From Candidatus Omnitrophota bacterium (GTDB taxonomy: Bacteria > Omnitrophota > Omnitrophia > Omnitrophales > Aquincolibacteriaceae): a DNA stretch of 64,000 nucleotides. Positions within the stretch are counted from its first letter, which is position 1. Every line of letters starts with the position of its first letter. Location of the stretch: contig JAKLFP010000001.1 in NCBI GenBank assembly GCA_022711115.1, positions 197,183 to 261,182 of the forward strand, given 5' to 3'. Position numbers and translations under genes: made by a program. Positions 44,841-56,135 of the stretch are shown here, in pieces. The notes under the pieces are model-generated. The model was not told the origin of the DNA and searched no databases. It saw nothing but the letters and a program-made list of their open reading frames with translations.

Positions 44841-46342
44841 TGCTTAAACCTGAAGAAGTCACACAAATCATAGAAAAAGAAATCCAGAAATATAAATCCA
44901 AACTCGAGCTCCAGTCTGTCGGTTACGTCCTTCAGGTCGGCGACGGGATTGCGCGCGTGTACGGCCTGGATGAGGTGATGGCCGGAGAACTCGTCACTTT
45001 CCATGACGGAACCACAGGTCTTGTGTTAAATCTTGAACCCAATCATGTGGGGATCGTGATTCTCGGAGATGATCAACGTATCAAAGAAGGCGACCAGGTC
45101 AAGCGCACCGGGAAAATCGCACAAGTACCGGTCGGTGAGGCGCTGATGGGACGTATTGTCAATCCTCTTGGAGCCCCTCTGGATGGCAAAGGCCCGATCG
45201 CAGCAAAAAAAGCACGCCCAATCGAAGCCATCCCTCCGTCGGTGGTCCAACGCCAGCCGGTCAAAGAACCTTTGCAGACAGGCATTAAATCGATTGACTC
45301 CATGATTCCGATCGGCCGCGGCCAGCGGGAACTCATCATCGGCGACCGCCAAACCGGAAAAACCGCAATCCTGATCGACACGATCCTTAATCAGAAAACA
45401 ACCGGCGTTCATTGCATTTATGTCGCCATCGGTCAAAAGCTTTCAAGTGTTGTGGCGCTTTCCAAAACTCTCGAGAAATACGGAGCCATGGAGTACACCA
45501 CCATCATCAACGCATCATCCGAAGACCCGGCGCCGCTTCAATATTTGGCGCCTTATGCGGGCGCCGCAATCGGCGAAGAAGACATGTTCTCGGGCAAACA
45601 CGCGCTGGTGGTTTACGACGATCTTTCCAAACACGCGGTCGCATACCGTCAGCTTTCCCTATTACTCCAAAGACCGCCGGGGCGTGAGGCGTATCCGGGC
45701 GACGTCTTTTATCTGCATTCGCGCTTGCTGGAACGCGCCGCAAAACTCCGTGACGATCTTGGCGGCGGATCCTTGACAGCACTTCCGGTGATTGAAACAC
45801 AACTCGGCGATATCTCCGCCTATATCCCGACCAACGTTATTTCCATTACCGACGGACAGATCTACCTTGAAAGCGACCTTTTCTTTTCCGGCGTCCGTCC
45901 TGCCATCAACGTCGGACTTTCTGTATCCCGCGTCGGCGGCAACGCCCAAACCAAAGCGATGAAACAGGTTGCCGGCATGCTCCGCCTGGCGCTTGCTCAA
46001 TATCGCGAACTCCAGGCATTTTCTCAGCTCTCCACGGACCTTGATAAAGCCACCAAGGACCAACTCGCGAGAGGCGAGCGTATGGTCGAGATCCTCAAAC
46101 AGAACGACCTCCAGCCCATGCCTCTTGAACAGCAAGTCGTCATTCTTTTTGCTGGCACAGGCGGTTTTACGGACGACATCCCGGTAGATCGTCTTAAAGA
46201 TTTTGAAACGGGTCTTTTTGAATTCATCGACAAAAATTATCAGGAAATTTTTCATGAAATTGCCGAGAAAAAGATTTTCTCGGATGATTTAAAAATAAAA
46301 CTGAAACAGGCCATTATTAAATTCAAACAAATATTTTCATAA
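44840..46342 (+). CDS. atpA: ATP synthase F1 subunit alpha
   Basis: 500 aa; P-loop GDRQTGKTA. Confidence 0.97.
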   Translation: MLKPEEVTQIIEKEIQKYKSKLELQSVGYVLQVGDGIARVYGLDEVMAGELVTFHDGTTGLVLNLEPNHVGIVILGDDQRIKEGDQVKRTGKIAQVPVGEALMGRIVNPLGAPLDGKGPIAAKKARPIEAIPPSVVQRQPVKEPLQTGIKSIDSMIPIGRGQRELIIGDRQTGKTAILIDTILNQKTTGVHCIYVAIGQKLSSVVALSKTLEKYGAMEYTTIINASSEDPAPLQYLAPYAGAAIGEEDMFSGKHALVVYDDLSKHAVAYRQLSLLLQRPPGREAYPGDVFYLHSRLLERAAKLRDDLGGGSLTALPVIETQLGDISAYIPTNVISITDGQIYLESDLFFSGVRPAINVGLSVSRVGGNAQTKAMKQVAGMLRLALAQYRELQAFSQLSTDLDKATKDQLARGERMVEILKQNDLQPMPLEQQVVILFAGTGGFTDDIPVDRLKDFETGLFEFIDKNYQEIFHEIAEKKIFSDDLKIKLKQAIIKFKQIFS

Positions 46343-46398
46343 TTCGTGAAACGCGCAAAATACAGCGAACTACTGATGCCGCGCGTTGAAAAGGTTTT

Positions 46399-48691
<2,293 letters not shown>

Positions 48692-48695
48692 GCTT

Positions 48696-48962
48696 ATGGC
48701 CTCAAATTATTCTCTAAAAATCATCACGCCGCAAGGCGCCGCTTATGAAGGAACGGTCTCACATACCTTTCTGCCCACGGAAAACGGCTTTGTCGGCGTA
48801 CTGGCACACCACGCCCCTTATCTCGTTTCCTCAAAAGGCGGTAAACTGGTGGCCCGCGAAGACACAGGATTGGAAAAAACATTCGCGGTCGGCCCCGGTT
48901 TTTTCGAAGTCAACCACGACACGGCCGTTTTTCTTACGCAGAGTTGTACGTCGAAAGAATAA
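48696..48962 (+). CDS. atpC: ATP synthase F1 subunit epsilon, short form (beta-sandwich only)
   Basis: 88 aa; N-terminal domain only, no C-terminal helix hairpin. Confidence 0.85.
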   Translation: MASNYSLKIITPQGAAYEGTVSHTFLPTENGFVGVLAHHAPYLVSSKGGKLVAREDTGLEKTFAVGPGFFEVNHDTAVFLTQSCTSKE

Positions 48963-48987
48963 ATTCCAACTTTAAGATCGGCGTTTT

Positions 48988-49542
48988 TTATATCTTCAGA
49001 TCTTTAAAATCGATAAGCTGAACACCTGTTTTTTGCAAACTTTCAAAGATTTTCCGAACCTCTTCCCGGTTATGCCGGACTGCGCGGACGGCATCACGAA
49101 TCACAAATACTTCGAAACCTTCCCGAACGGCATCGATCGCCGTGGCCTGGACACAGTATTCCGTTGTTAATCCTGATAAATATAATTTTTTAATGCCATG
49201 ATCCTTCAAATATTTTTTAAGATCCGGGCGGGGATCCTCGAAAACACTGTAGCCATCCTGCCATTTTTCCACTCCTTTGTGGAACTCTTGTTGAATCCTG
49301 GACGTTTCAAGCATTGGATGAAACGCCGCCCCGCTTGTCCCTTGAATACAATGAGGCGGCCACTTTTTAAAATGTTCGGACCCCACCGGATGCATGTCCC
49401 TTGACGCCAGGACAAACTGGAAAAAGGGCATAAGCCGGTTGATGAGAGGAACGATCTTATCAGCCCCGTTGACAGCAAGCGACCCGCCTTCGCAAAAATC
49501 ATTTTGAACATCCACGATTAACAGAGCAGCATCCTGAATCAT
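48988..49542 (-). CDS. pncA: Nicotinamidase/pyrazinamidase (isochorismatase fold)
   Basis: 184 aa; ALLIVDVQNDFCEGGSLAV, catalytic Cys in YLSGLTTEYCV. Confidence 0.85.
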   Translation of the reverse strand: MIQDAALLIVDVQNDFCEGGSLAVNGADKIVPLINRLMPFFQFVLASRDMHPVGSEHFKKWPPHCIQGTSGAAFHPMLETSRIQQEFHKGVEKWQDGYSVFEDPRPDLKKYLKDHGIKKLYLSGLTTEYCVQATAIDAVREGFEVFVIRDAVRAVRHNREEVRKIFESLQKTGVQLIDFKDLKI

Positions 49543-50960
49543 TTGGCACCCAACCTCTTTAGAATCATTTTTTCTTTCAGATCAAAAAGCTTTTTGCTGA
49601 CCCCTACCCGATAAATATGCGGATAGAAAAAACGCTTATGTTCTTCTGGAAGTAAGACCAGGCGTTTTTTTGCATATTCCCGAATCTCACGAACCGGAAC
49701 TTTTCCAGCCACTACCTTTCCTTTTTTCATGAGAGCATGGAACAAAGGTTCCGCCTTCAGCCCTTTGGTTTTCGTATGCGCCATGGAATTGAACGGATGG
49801 ATCAATTTGGGCGGCGTTTTTTCATGCTCCAAAGCAATCCCGTCCAGAAAAAACTGACCGTCTTTGGCAAAGAACCGGAACACCTTTTTCTTCCCGGGTT
49901 CGTTCATTTTGCTAAGCGTATCCGAAATTTTGATTTCAGGCTGACAATTGATTTCTGAAAGCTTATAGACCATATCCAAGGCAGGCTCGTCATAAGCCGT
50001 CACAAGTTTGGTGCCGACTCCGAAACCATTAAGACTAGCCTTTTGCTTGAGGAGGCTCTCGATGATGTATTCATCGAGCTGCCCTGATGCAAAGATTTGG
50101 ACGCGTGGGAAACCCTCGACATCCAGCACGCGCCGCACTTCTTTGCTCAAATACGCAAGATCCCCGCTATCAAGACGGACACCATGGATTTCAATTTGTT
50201 TTTTCCGCAGTCTTTTCAAACATCGAATGAGATGAGGCAGACCGCTTTGCAAGGTGCTATAGGTATCGATCAAAAGCACGGTTTTTTCTTTATGAATCCG
50301 CGCGTATTCCCAAAAAGATTTTTCTTCGTTTCGAAAAGCCTGGATCCAACTGTGGGCCTGCGTGCCAAATATTGGAAGATCATAGGTCTTGGCTGCCAAA
50401 ACGTTAGAAGTCCCATCCACCCCGCCGATATAAGCCGCACGCGATGCCATGATTCCAGCCAATCCCTGGGCGCGGCGAAGCCCGAACTCCACCACCTTTC
50501 TTCCGGAGGCGGCTTGCACAATCCGTGAAGCCTTGGTTGCTACAAGAGAAGAGAAATGGACGAAATTAATGAGGAGAGTCTCGACCAGTTGCGCTTCAAG
50601 AATGGAGCCTTCGATGCGCATCAACGGTTCATGAGGAAATACGATCTCTCCTTCCCGAACGCTTTGGACATTCAAGCCAAAACGAAAGGTCTTGAGATAA
50701 TTTAAAAAAGATTGCTTGAACCCATGTTCTTTTAAATAATTCAGATCGCTTTTCGTAAAACGGAACTTTGACAACAAACGAACCGCTTCATCCATGCCCG
50801 CCGCAATGAGATATCCTCCTTGAAAAGGGTTTTTCCGGTAATAAAGATCGAAAACGGCCTTCTGCCGGAAAAGGCCCGTCAGAAAATAGCCTTCTGCCAT
50901 CGTCAACTGGTAGAAATCCGTATAGAGCGGTGAAAATTCTTTTAAAAAGGGTTGCTTCAT
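49539..50960 (-). CDS. pncB: Nicotinate phosphoribosyltransferase
   Basis: 473 aa; LYTDFYQLTMAEGYF; 4-nt overlap with pncA. Confidence 0.88.
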   Translation of the reverse strand: MKQPFLKEFSPLYTDFYQLTMAEGYFLTGLFRQKAVFDLYYRKNPFQGGYLIAAGMDEAVRLLSKFRFTKSDLNYLKEHGFKQSFLNYLKTFRFGLNVQSVREGEIVFPHEPLMRIEGSILEAQLVETLLINFVHFSSLVATKASRIVQAASGRKVVEFGLRRAQGLAGIMASRAAYIGGVDGTSNVLAAKTYDLPIFGTQAHSWIQAFRNEEKSFWEYARIHKEKTVLLIDTYSTLQSGLPHLIRCLKRLRKKQIEIHGVRLDSGDLAYLSKEVRRVLDVEGFPRVQIFASGQLDEYIIESLLKQKASLNGFGVGTKLVTAYDEPALDMVYKLSEINCQPEIKISDTLSKMNEPGKKKVFRFFAKDGQFFLDGIALEHEKTPPKLIHPFNSMAHTKTKGLKAEPLFHALMKKGKVVAGKVPVREIREYAKKRLVLLPEEHKRFFYPHIYRVGVSKKLFDLKEKMILKRLGAK

Positions 50961-50977
50961 GGAATTTCTCTTTTATT

Positions 50978-51868
50978 TTATTTTTTCTCGTTCAAAATTT
51001 GACGGACGGTTTCCATTAAAAAGTGTTGCGCCTGAAATAACGGCTCTGTCAGCCGCCAGACTACTCCGATTTCTCGCTTAGGTTGCGGGGAAGCAAAAGG
51101 AACATAAACAAGGCCGGCGGAGCGCTCAAAAGCGACAGCCATTTCAGGAACGAAAGTAACACCCTCCCCCACTGCAGCCAGCTGAAGCACTGATGTCAAA
51201 CTACTGCCCTGAAAAATCACTTGTTGGTCCTTCCTTTTGATTTTGCAGAAATCCAATGTTTGCTGTCCAAAACAATGGCCTTCCTGCAAGATGAGCATTT
51301 TTTCATTCGCAAGGTCAGATCGAGTTACCTTTTCCTTTGCGGCAAGCCGATGCCGTTTGGTCATGGCTAAATAGAAAGGCTCTGTGGCGAGACCCTGCCC
51401 GACAATCCCGCGATCTTTGACCGGAAGGGCAAGAATCCCGAGATCAAGTTTTCCGCTTTTTAGAAAATCCAAAAGAACGGAAGTGGTTTCTTCAAAAAGT
51501 TCAAGAACGAGATGGGGTGCCGTCTTCTTCAGTTGAAGAATGACCTTTGGCATGAGATAAGGACAAATCGTTGGGATGACCCCAAGCCGGACGGTTTCGT
51601 TGATATCCTCCGTATCTTTTCGAATCTCAAGCACTCCTTTCTGGATCTGATCCAAAGCGCTAACCGCATGCGTAAGGAATTTTTTGCCAGCAGCAGTGAT
51701 TTGTACTTTGTGAGAAGACCGTTCGAAAAGCACGGCGCCAAGCTCTTTTTCCAGGTTCTGGACGCCTTGGCTCAGAGTTGGTTGCGTGACATGAACCTTT
51801 TGAGCTGCACGCTGAAAATGAAGCTCCTGAGATAACGCAACTACATAACGTAACTGTTGGATATCCAT
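50978..51868 (-). CDS. LysR-family transcriptional regulator, OxyR-like (two Cys spaced as OxyR C199/C208)
   Basis: 296 aa; wHTH HVTQPTLSQGVQNLEKELG; IPTICPYLMP; EGHCFGQQTLDFC resembles OxyR redox pair. Confidence 0.8.
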   Translation of the reverse strand: MDIQQLRYVVALSQELHFQRAAQKVHVTQPTLSQGVQNLEKELGAVLFERSSHKVQITAAGKKFLTHAVSALDQIQKGVLEIRKDTEDINETVRLGVIPTICPYLMPKVILQLKKTAPHLVLELFEETTSVLLDFLKSGKLDLGILALPVKDRGIVGQGLATEPFYLAMTKRHRLAAKEKVTRSDLANEKMLILQEGHCFGQQTLDFCKIKRKDQQVIFQGSSLTSVLQLAAVGEGVTFVPEMAVAFERSAGLVYVPFASPQPKREIGVVWRLTEPLFQAQHFLMETVRQILNEKK

Positions 51869-51940
51869 CGATTGCCTCTTTCAATGACTATTATAACGAA
51901 TATCAATTAGACCGAATACTCCTATCGGTTTATCCTTGAA

Positions 51941-51959
51941 TTGAACAAAAAAGGTTCAA
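51941..51959. promoter_or_regulatory. Interrupted dyad TTGAAC-N7-GTTCAA (LysR-box-like) in the LysR/rhodanese divergent region
   Basis: read directly: TTGAATTGAACAAAAAAGGTTCAACAA. Confidence 0.5.
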
Positions 51960-52009
51960 CAAAACCTTCGATAGAAGGTGAAGGGTGTTTCCAAAGAAAG
52001 GAGCAGGTT

Positions 52010-52369
52010 ATGACGACCTTAACCATCATTTCAAAAGAAGAGTTAAAGTCAAAGATCGACCGAAAAGAGGATTTTCAGCTCGTGAATGTGCTGAGCCCTG
52101 ATTATTATCACTTGGGATCGATTAAGGGCTCCATAAAGATACCTCTTGATTCGCTTGAGAAGCGTTTCAAAGAGCTGGACAAGAGTAAAGAAGTAATTGT
52201 TTATTGCGCCAGCTATGATTGTGCCGTTTCAAGAAAAGCTGCGGAGCTTCTCGCAAGTCATGGATTCGGGGTGGTCGCCTACGAAGGCGGCATCAAGGAA
52301 TGGAAAGAGGCTGGATTTCCTTTGGAAATGGAAAAGGGAGCAAAGCGTAAAGGTGCTTGCTCTTGTTAA
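52010..52369 (+). CDS. Single-domain rhodanese-like sulfurtransferase
   Basis: start at ATG after AAAGGAGCAGG RBS; active-site loop VYCASYDCAVS. Confidence 0.75.
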   Translation: MTTLTIISKEELKSKIDRKEDFQLVNVLSPDYYHLGSIKGSIKIPLDSLEKRFKELDKSKEVIVYCASYDCAVSRKAAELLASHGFGVVAYEGGIKEWKEAGFPLEMEKGAKRKGACSC

Positions 52370-52422
52370 ACCGCTCGCGCTTTTTCGCAAGCGGGTCAAC
52401 CATGGGAGAAAGGAGTTGCTTT

Positions 52423-52728
52423 ATGTTGTTTGAATTAACAATTGTACCGGTGACAGGCCATGCGCATATCAGCGGTGAAATCGCGGAAGCTCTTAAAATC
52501 ATTGATGCCGCGGGGCTGGCATATCGTCTCACGCCAACGGGGACTTGTATCGAAGGGACCTGGGATGAGGTGATGCCGGTGATCCGGCGGTGTCATGATC
52601 ATATCCGCAAATTCACCCCCTATGTGGTGACGACCATCTCGATTGAAGATAAAGAGGGTGCGCAGAATCTGCTGGAAAAAAATATCGCGAGCGTCGAAGA
52701 GAAACTGGGCCATCCGGTAAAGTGCTGA
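52423..52728 (+). CDS. MTH1187/YkoF-family (DUF77) small ligand-binding protein
   Basis: 101 aa from MLFELTIVPVTGHAHISGEIAEAL after AAAGGAG RBS. Confidence 0.7.
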   Translation: MLFELTIVPVTGHAHISGEIAEALKIIDAAGLAYRLTPTGTCIEGTWDEVMPVIRRCHDHIRKFTPYVVTTISIEDKEGAQNLLEKNIASVEEKLGHPVKC

Positions 52729-52814
52729 AACCCGATTGAGGCACGTTTAAGAATGTTTCGGTGACGAAGAAATAGTTTTATGGTTTTTAAGGTGTAAGAG
52801 ATAAATATTCGCTT

Positions 52815-53414
52815 TTATTTAAGAAGAGGTTTGACCCGCTGATAGATGCGTTCCGCCATGATTTCATACCCTTTGCCGTTGGGATGAATTTGATCATACT
52901 TGTATCGCGGGTCAAAAAGGATGCCTTTGAGGATATGAGGAATAAGGACAATATGTTTTTGATGAGCCAATTTCTTAAAATCCTCCTGATAGTCATCCCC
53001 CAGTAAACCCGTCTGAACCGTGGCCCAAACGACCATGGCACCTTTCCCATGTATCCGGTCAATGATCGCTTCCATATTCTTCAGGGTTTCTTCTTTAGGG
53101 ATCTTACGAAAAAAATCATTCGCCCCCAGTGTGATGATCACGATCCGCGGGTCATGCGCGGACACATCGTTTTCAAGGCGCGCGAGTGCGTCCCCTGTCG
53201 TATTTCCGGAAATGCCCGTATTGATGACCGGCAGATTTACTTTGGAACGCAGAACCGAAGGATAATCCTTGCCTTTCTCAGCACCAAAGCCCTCGGTCAG
53301 ACTGTCACCGAAACAAACGACCGTGGTCCCTTGCGAATCGCGGTTTGCAATTCGAGGTTCACAACCGCATAAAAAAATGACGCAAATAAATAAGGATAGA
53401 TATTTTTTTATCAT
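52815..53414 (-). CDS. SGNH/GDSL lipase-acylhydrolase (TesA-like), lipoprotein signal
   Basis: 199 aa; VVCFGDSLTEG (block I), LGANDF, DxxHP block V; LCGC lipobox. Confidence 0.85.
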   Translation of the reverse strand: MIKKYLSLFICVIFLCGCEPRIANRDSQGTTVVCFGDSLTEGFGAEKGKDYPSVLRSKVNLPVINTGISGNTTGDALARLENDVSAHDPRIVIITLGANDFFRKIPKEETLKNMEAIIDRIHGKGAMVVWATVQTGLLGDDYQEDFKKLAHQKHIVLIPHILKGILFDPRYKYDQIHPNGKGYEIMAERIYQRVKPLLK

Positions 53415-53461
53415 AAAAACGACTTTACCTTTTCGCCTCCTCTGAAACTTCTCATGGTCCC

Positions 53462-53623
53462 TTATGCCCGTTCCTTCAAAAGAGAGATCACCGCATCCAA
53501 CTGATTCGATATTTTTCTGAGCAGATCGATTTGCTCTCGCGACATCTTATCCTGTTTTTCCTGCATGGCCTTCGCCTCGCCGGCGATCTTGGCCATATCC
53601 CCTAATTTATTAAGATCAAACAT
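53462..53623 (-). CDS. Small hypothetical protein (53 aa), YbaB/EbfC-N-terminus-like coiled coil
   Basis: manual translation: MFDLNKLGDMAKIAGEAKAMQEKQDKMSREQIDLLRKISNQLDAVISLLKERA*; strong AAAGGAGGAAAG RBS; not in ORF track. Confidence 0.55.
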   Translation of the reverse strand: MFDLNKLGDMAKIAGEAKAMQEKQDKMSREQIDLLRKISNQLDAVISLLKERA

Positions 53624-53654
53624 CTTTCCTCCTTTGATTTTCAGTTTTGATTTT

Positions 53655-54470
53655 TTATTTTAACGGGATGATATTCGCTTTATGCTCGGACTTGAGCCCC
53701 GTGCGGGCAGGGATCTCACCTTTCAATGCGGACTTCACCAGTGTTTTGACATCGTCCTTGAAATCCATAGTCAAAAGCCATTTCAAATACCCCGGATCTT
53801 TCCGAACGAGTTCATCCAGTGAAACCTGCCTACGGTATTTACCGAACATGGGATACAATTTCCCGTTCCACCAGCCGAATTTTCTTTCCGCATCATAAAA
53901 ATTCATATGGGAACTGTATTCGAACTTATCCAGGACCGAAATGTCCTCTTGCCCCTCGCCGTATTTGTCTACCTGTTTCTCCAGGATTTCAAAAACCGCT
54001 TCGCTGTCCGCCAACGCCCCATGAGCACCGACCAGTTCCTTGCCGCAATAGAACTGGTAAGCCGCCGAGAGATCCCGTTTTTCATTCAGGTGAAAGATCT
54101 TTTGCGCGTCATAAACCTTTCGATCTTCCCATGTGAATTTGATCCCGATATCCGCGAATTCCCTTTCTAGGAGCGGCAGGTCAAATCTTTCCACATTGAA
54201 CCCTGCCAGATCCGCGGAACCGATAAAAGAAAGGATTTCATGCGCCACATCCCGAAAAGCAGGAGCGTTTTTCACCTCTTGATTTGAGATCCCCGTTAAG
54301 TCTGTGACGATTTTGGGAATGTTAATCCCCGGATTAACCCTCTTGTAATACGTTTCCTTTTTCCCGTCAGGTGAAAACTTAACAAGCGCAATCTCAATAA
54401 TCTTGTCCTTTTCCACCCACACCCCGGTGGATTCAATATCCAGAGAAACGAGTGCGTTCTGTATTTTCAC
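53655..54470 (-). CDS. DEDDh (DnaQ-like) 3'-5' exonuclease fused to a C-terminal DUF3820-like domain
   Basis: 271 aa; Exo I LDIESTG, Exo II FNVERFDLPLL, Exo III HGALADSEA; C-terminal PMFGKYRRQVSLDELVRKDPGYLKWLL. Confidence 0.8.
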   Translation of the reverse strand: MKIQNALVSLDIESTGVWVEKDKIIEIALVKFSPDGKKETYYKRVNPGINIPKIVTDLTGISNQEVKNAPAFRDVAHEILSFIGSADLAGFNVERFDLPLLEREFADIGIKFTWEDRKVYDAQKIFHLNEKRDLSAAYQFYCGKELVGAHGALADSEAVFEILEKQVDKYGEGQEDISVLDKFEYSSHMNFYDAERKFGWWNGKLYPMFGKYRRQVSLDELVRKDPGYLKWLLTMDFKDDVKTLVKSALKGEIPARTGLKSEHKANIIPLK

Positions 54471-54496
54471 AAAAGTCCTTTCGGTTGATTCAAATT

Positions 54497-54832
54497 TTAT
54501 TTAGTAATATGAACAGCCAGCCATACGGTTTTTTGCTTGGAATGCGTCCAGTCCACGCGGTGGTAGGTTTTTGCCGGAATAAACATATAATCGCCTGTCT
54601 TTAAATCGAACTTTCCCTGTGTCTTTTTAAATGAAAGACGCGCCCGCCCCTTCAAGACGGCCACCCACTCTGCCGTTTTCGAACAAAGCCATCGCCCTTC
54701 CGGCGTGGTCTGTCCGCATGAAACGATCCGTTCGATCTTCAAACCTCTTCCCTTCATTAAAACCTGAAAAATCTCTCCCTTTTTGACTGCAGGAAGTCCG
54801 GAGAAAAGATTGTGAATTTTTATTTTTTTCAT
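54497..54832 (-). CDS. Cupin-domain protein
   Basis: 111 aa; small beta-barrel, GDYMFIPAKTYHRV cupin motif 2. Confidence 0.65.
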   Translation of the reverse strand: MKKIKIHNLFSGLPAVKKGEIFQVLMKGRGLKIERIVSCGQTTPEGRWLCSKTAEWVAVLKGRARLSFKKTQGKFDLKTGDYMFIPAKTYHRVDWTHSKQKTVWLAVHITK

Positions 54833-54858
54833 GGGTAGCGTTTTTGGTTTGTCCGGTC

Positions 54859-55239
54859 TTAATTCAAAAACCAGCGCCGAATCAAAGAAAGAAAACCTTT
54901 GCCTTGCGGTTTCGGGGTTTCGGGAAAGGATTCCGGAGGAAGTTCATTTTGGGATTCCGTGCTGATTTCCTGCTCCGGCGTGGTCTGAAAGTCTGCCAGG
55001 ATGGCCTCAGCCCGCGACCGGTCTTCCGGACGGATATAAACTTTCACGGTGCCCATCAAAGGATTCAGGCCGCCCAAGCTCCCTACTGAGAACAAATTCT
55101 GAACGCCCTCATTCTGAATAAAACAGTCAATGTTCGCCGACTCAAGCGCAGATCTTACGACCTCGGCCCGCATCGGATCCCCATCTTCAAAAATAAGATG
55201 AAATGCTTCCGGATCTTTATCCATCACTTCTCGAATCAA
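54859..55239 (-). CDS. DUF2007-family (putative signal-transducing, PII-like) protein
   Basis: 126 aa; MRAEVVRSALESANIDCFIQN...GTVKVYIRPEDRSRAEAIL pattern; 4-nt overlap with upstream gene. Confidence 0.6.
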   Translation of the reverse strand: MIREVMDKDPEAFHLIFEDGDPMRAEVVRSALESANIDCFIQNEGVQNLFSVGSLGGLNPLMGTVKVYIRPEDRSRAEAILADFQTTPEQEISTESQNELPPESFPETPKPQGKGFLSLIRRWFLN

Positions 55240-55457
55240 GCCGAACGCAGAAGCGCCGCCTGGCGTATTTTCCGGATCGTGCTTTGTTTGTGCTTTTTAC
55301 CAAACATCGGATTATTTTTCCCTACTTTTCTTCGCTGCTCCTGCTTAATCCATGTCTTGGAGTGGTGCTTGCCATAAAACGGATTTTTTTTACCGGCCAT
55401 CGCTCGGCTCATCTTTGATCTTGCCGCCTCACTTAGCCCTATTTTTTTTATGCCCAT
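55236..55457 (-). CDS. Stand-alone tandem NUMOD3 DNA-binding motif protein
   Basis: 73 aa; two repeats GKKNPFYGKHHSKTWIKQEQ and GKNNPMFGKKHKQSTIRKIRQ matching the NUMOD3 consensus NPMYGKKHSEETK; GGAGGCAAGC RBS. Confidence 0.65.
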   Translation of the reverse strand: MGIKKIGLSEAARSKMSRAMAGKKNPFYGKHHSKTWIKQEQRRKVGKNNPMFGKKHKQSTIRKIRQAALLRSA

Positions 55458-55656
55458 GCTTGCCTCCGAATCCAGTTGGGTTTTTTAAAAAGTATCAGAT
55501 ACGCCATGTTGCTATTTAATTGAAAAAACGGCTATGCTTCCCTCAAATAGGCTGTTCCCGTAACCATTGATTCTTGCCCAAAGATGCCCCCGCGCCATTT
55601 TATGACGTTAGGAAAGGATAGCGCTACCTATCTGCCAAGTCTTTGTTCTCTTCGCG

Positions 55657-55986
55657 TTATTCGGCTTTATCCGCACTATACTTGACTCGAACCGTTCCTG
55701 CATAGACCAGCTCGGGCTTCTCTTTTGCATCAGCCTCGGCTTGAACCTTTTCCGCTTCTTCCGGCGTCAGTAACTTCACCTTCACCCCCTGCGGGAGCTG
55801 TACTGTTTGATCTGTTCCGGTTTTGTCGACCGCGGAAACGGCTGTCTTGGAAACCCGTTGAGATACTTCACTTGATTTTTTCTTCATTTTTTTATCTTTG
55901 CGTGGGGAAAAATCAAAAGCGGATTGACCCACGCAAGGCGCCGTGATCAAAAACGCCATCACGACCACAAAAACTTTCTTCCACAT
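55657..55986 (-). CDS. Hypothetical exported protein
   Basis: 109 aa; N-terminal signal peptide MWKKVFVVVMAFLITAPCVGQSA. Confidence 0.5.
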   Translation of the reverse strand: MWKKVFVVVMAFLITAPCVGQSAFDFSPRKDKKMKKKSSEVSQRVSKTAVSAVDKTGTDQTVQLPQGVKVKLLTPEEAEKVQAEADAKEKPELVYAGTVRVKYSADKAE

Positions 55987-56135
55987 AATCTCCTCCTTTG
56001 AGCGTTATGAAAGGATTTAAGCAAACGATAGCACTATTTGATCTCAGAATCAACCGGCGTGCAAAAGCCTAGGACACATAAAACCAGTGAGCCTGGCAAA
56101 TTTGGGCGTCTTTTTTGGCAAGACATCTTGGGATC

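Noticed and set aside
54859-55239. DUF2007 protein as a response regulator or PII protein
   Set aside because: There is only weak pattern-level similarity. It lacks the receiver-domain Asp pocket and the PII T-loop, so it is kept as a DUF2007-like hypothetical.
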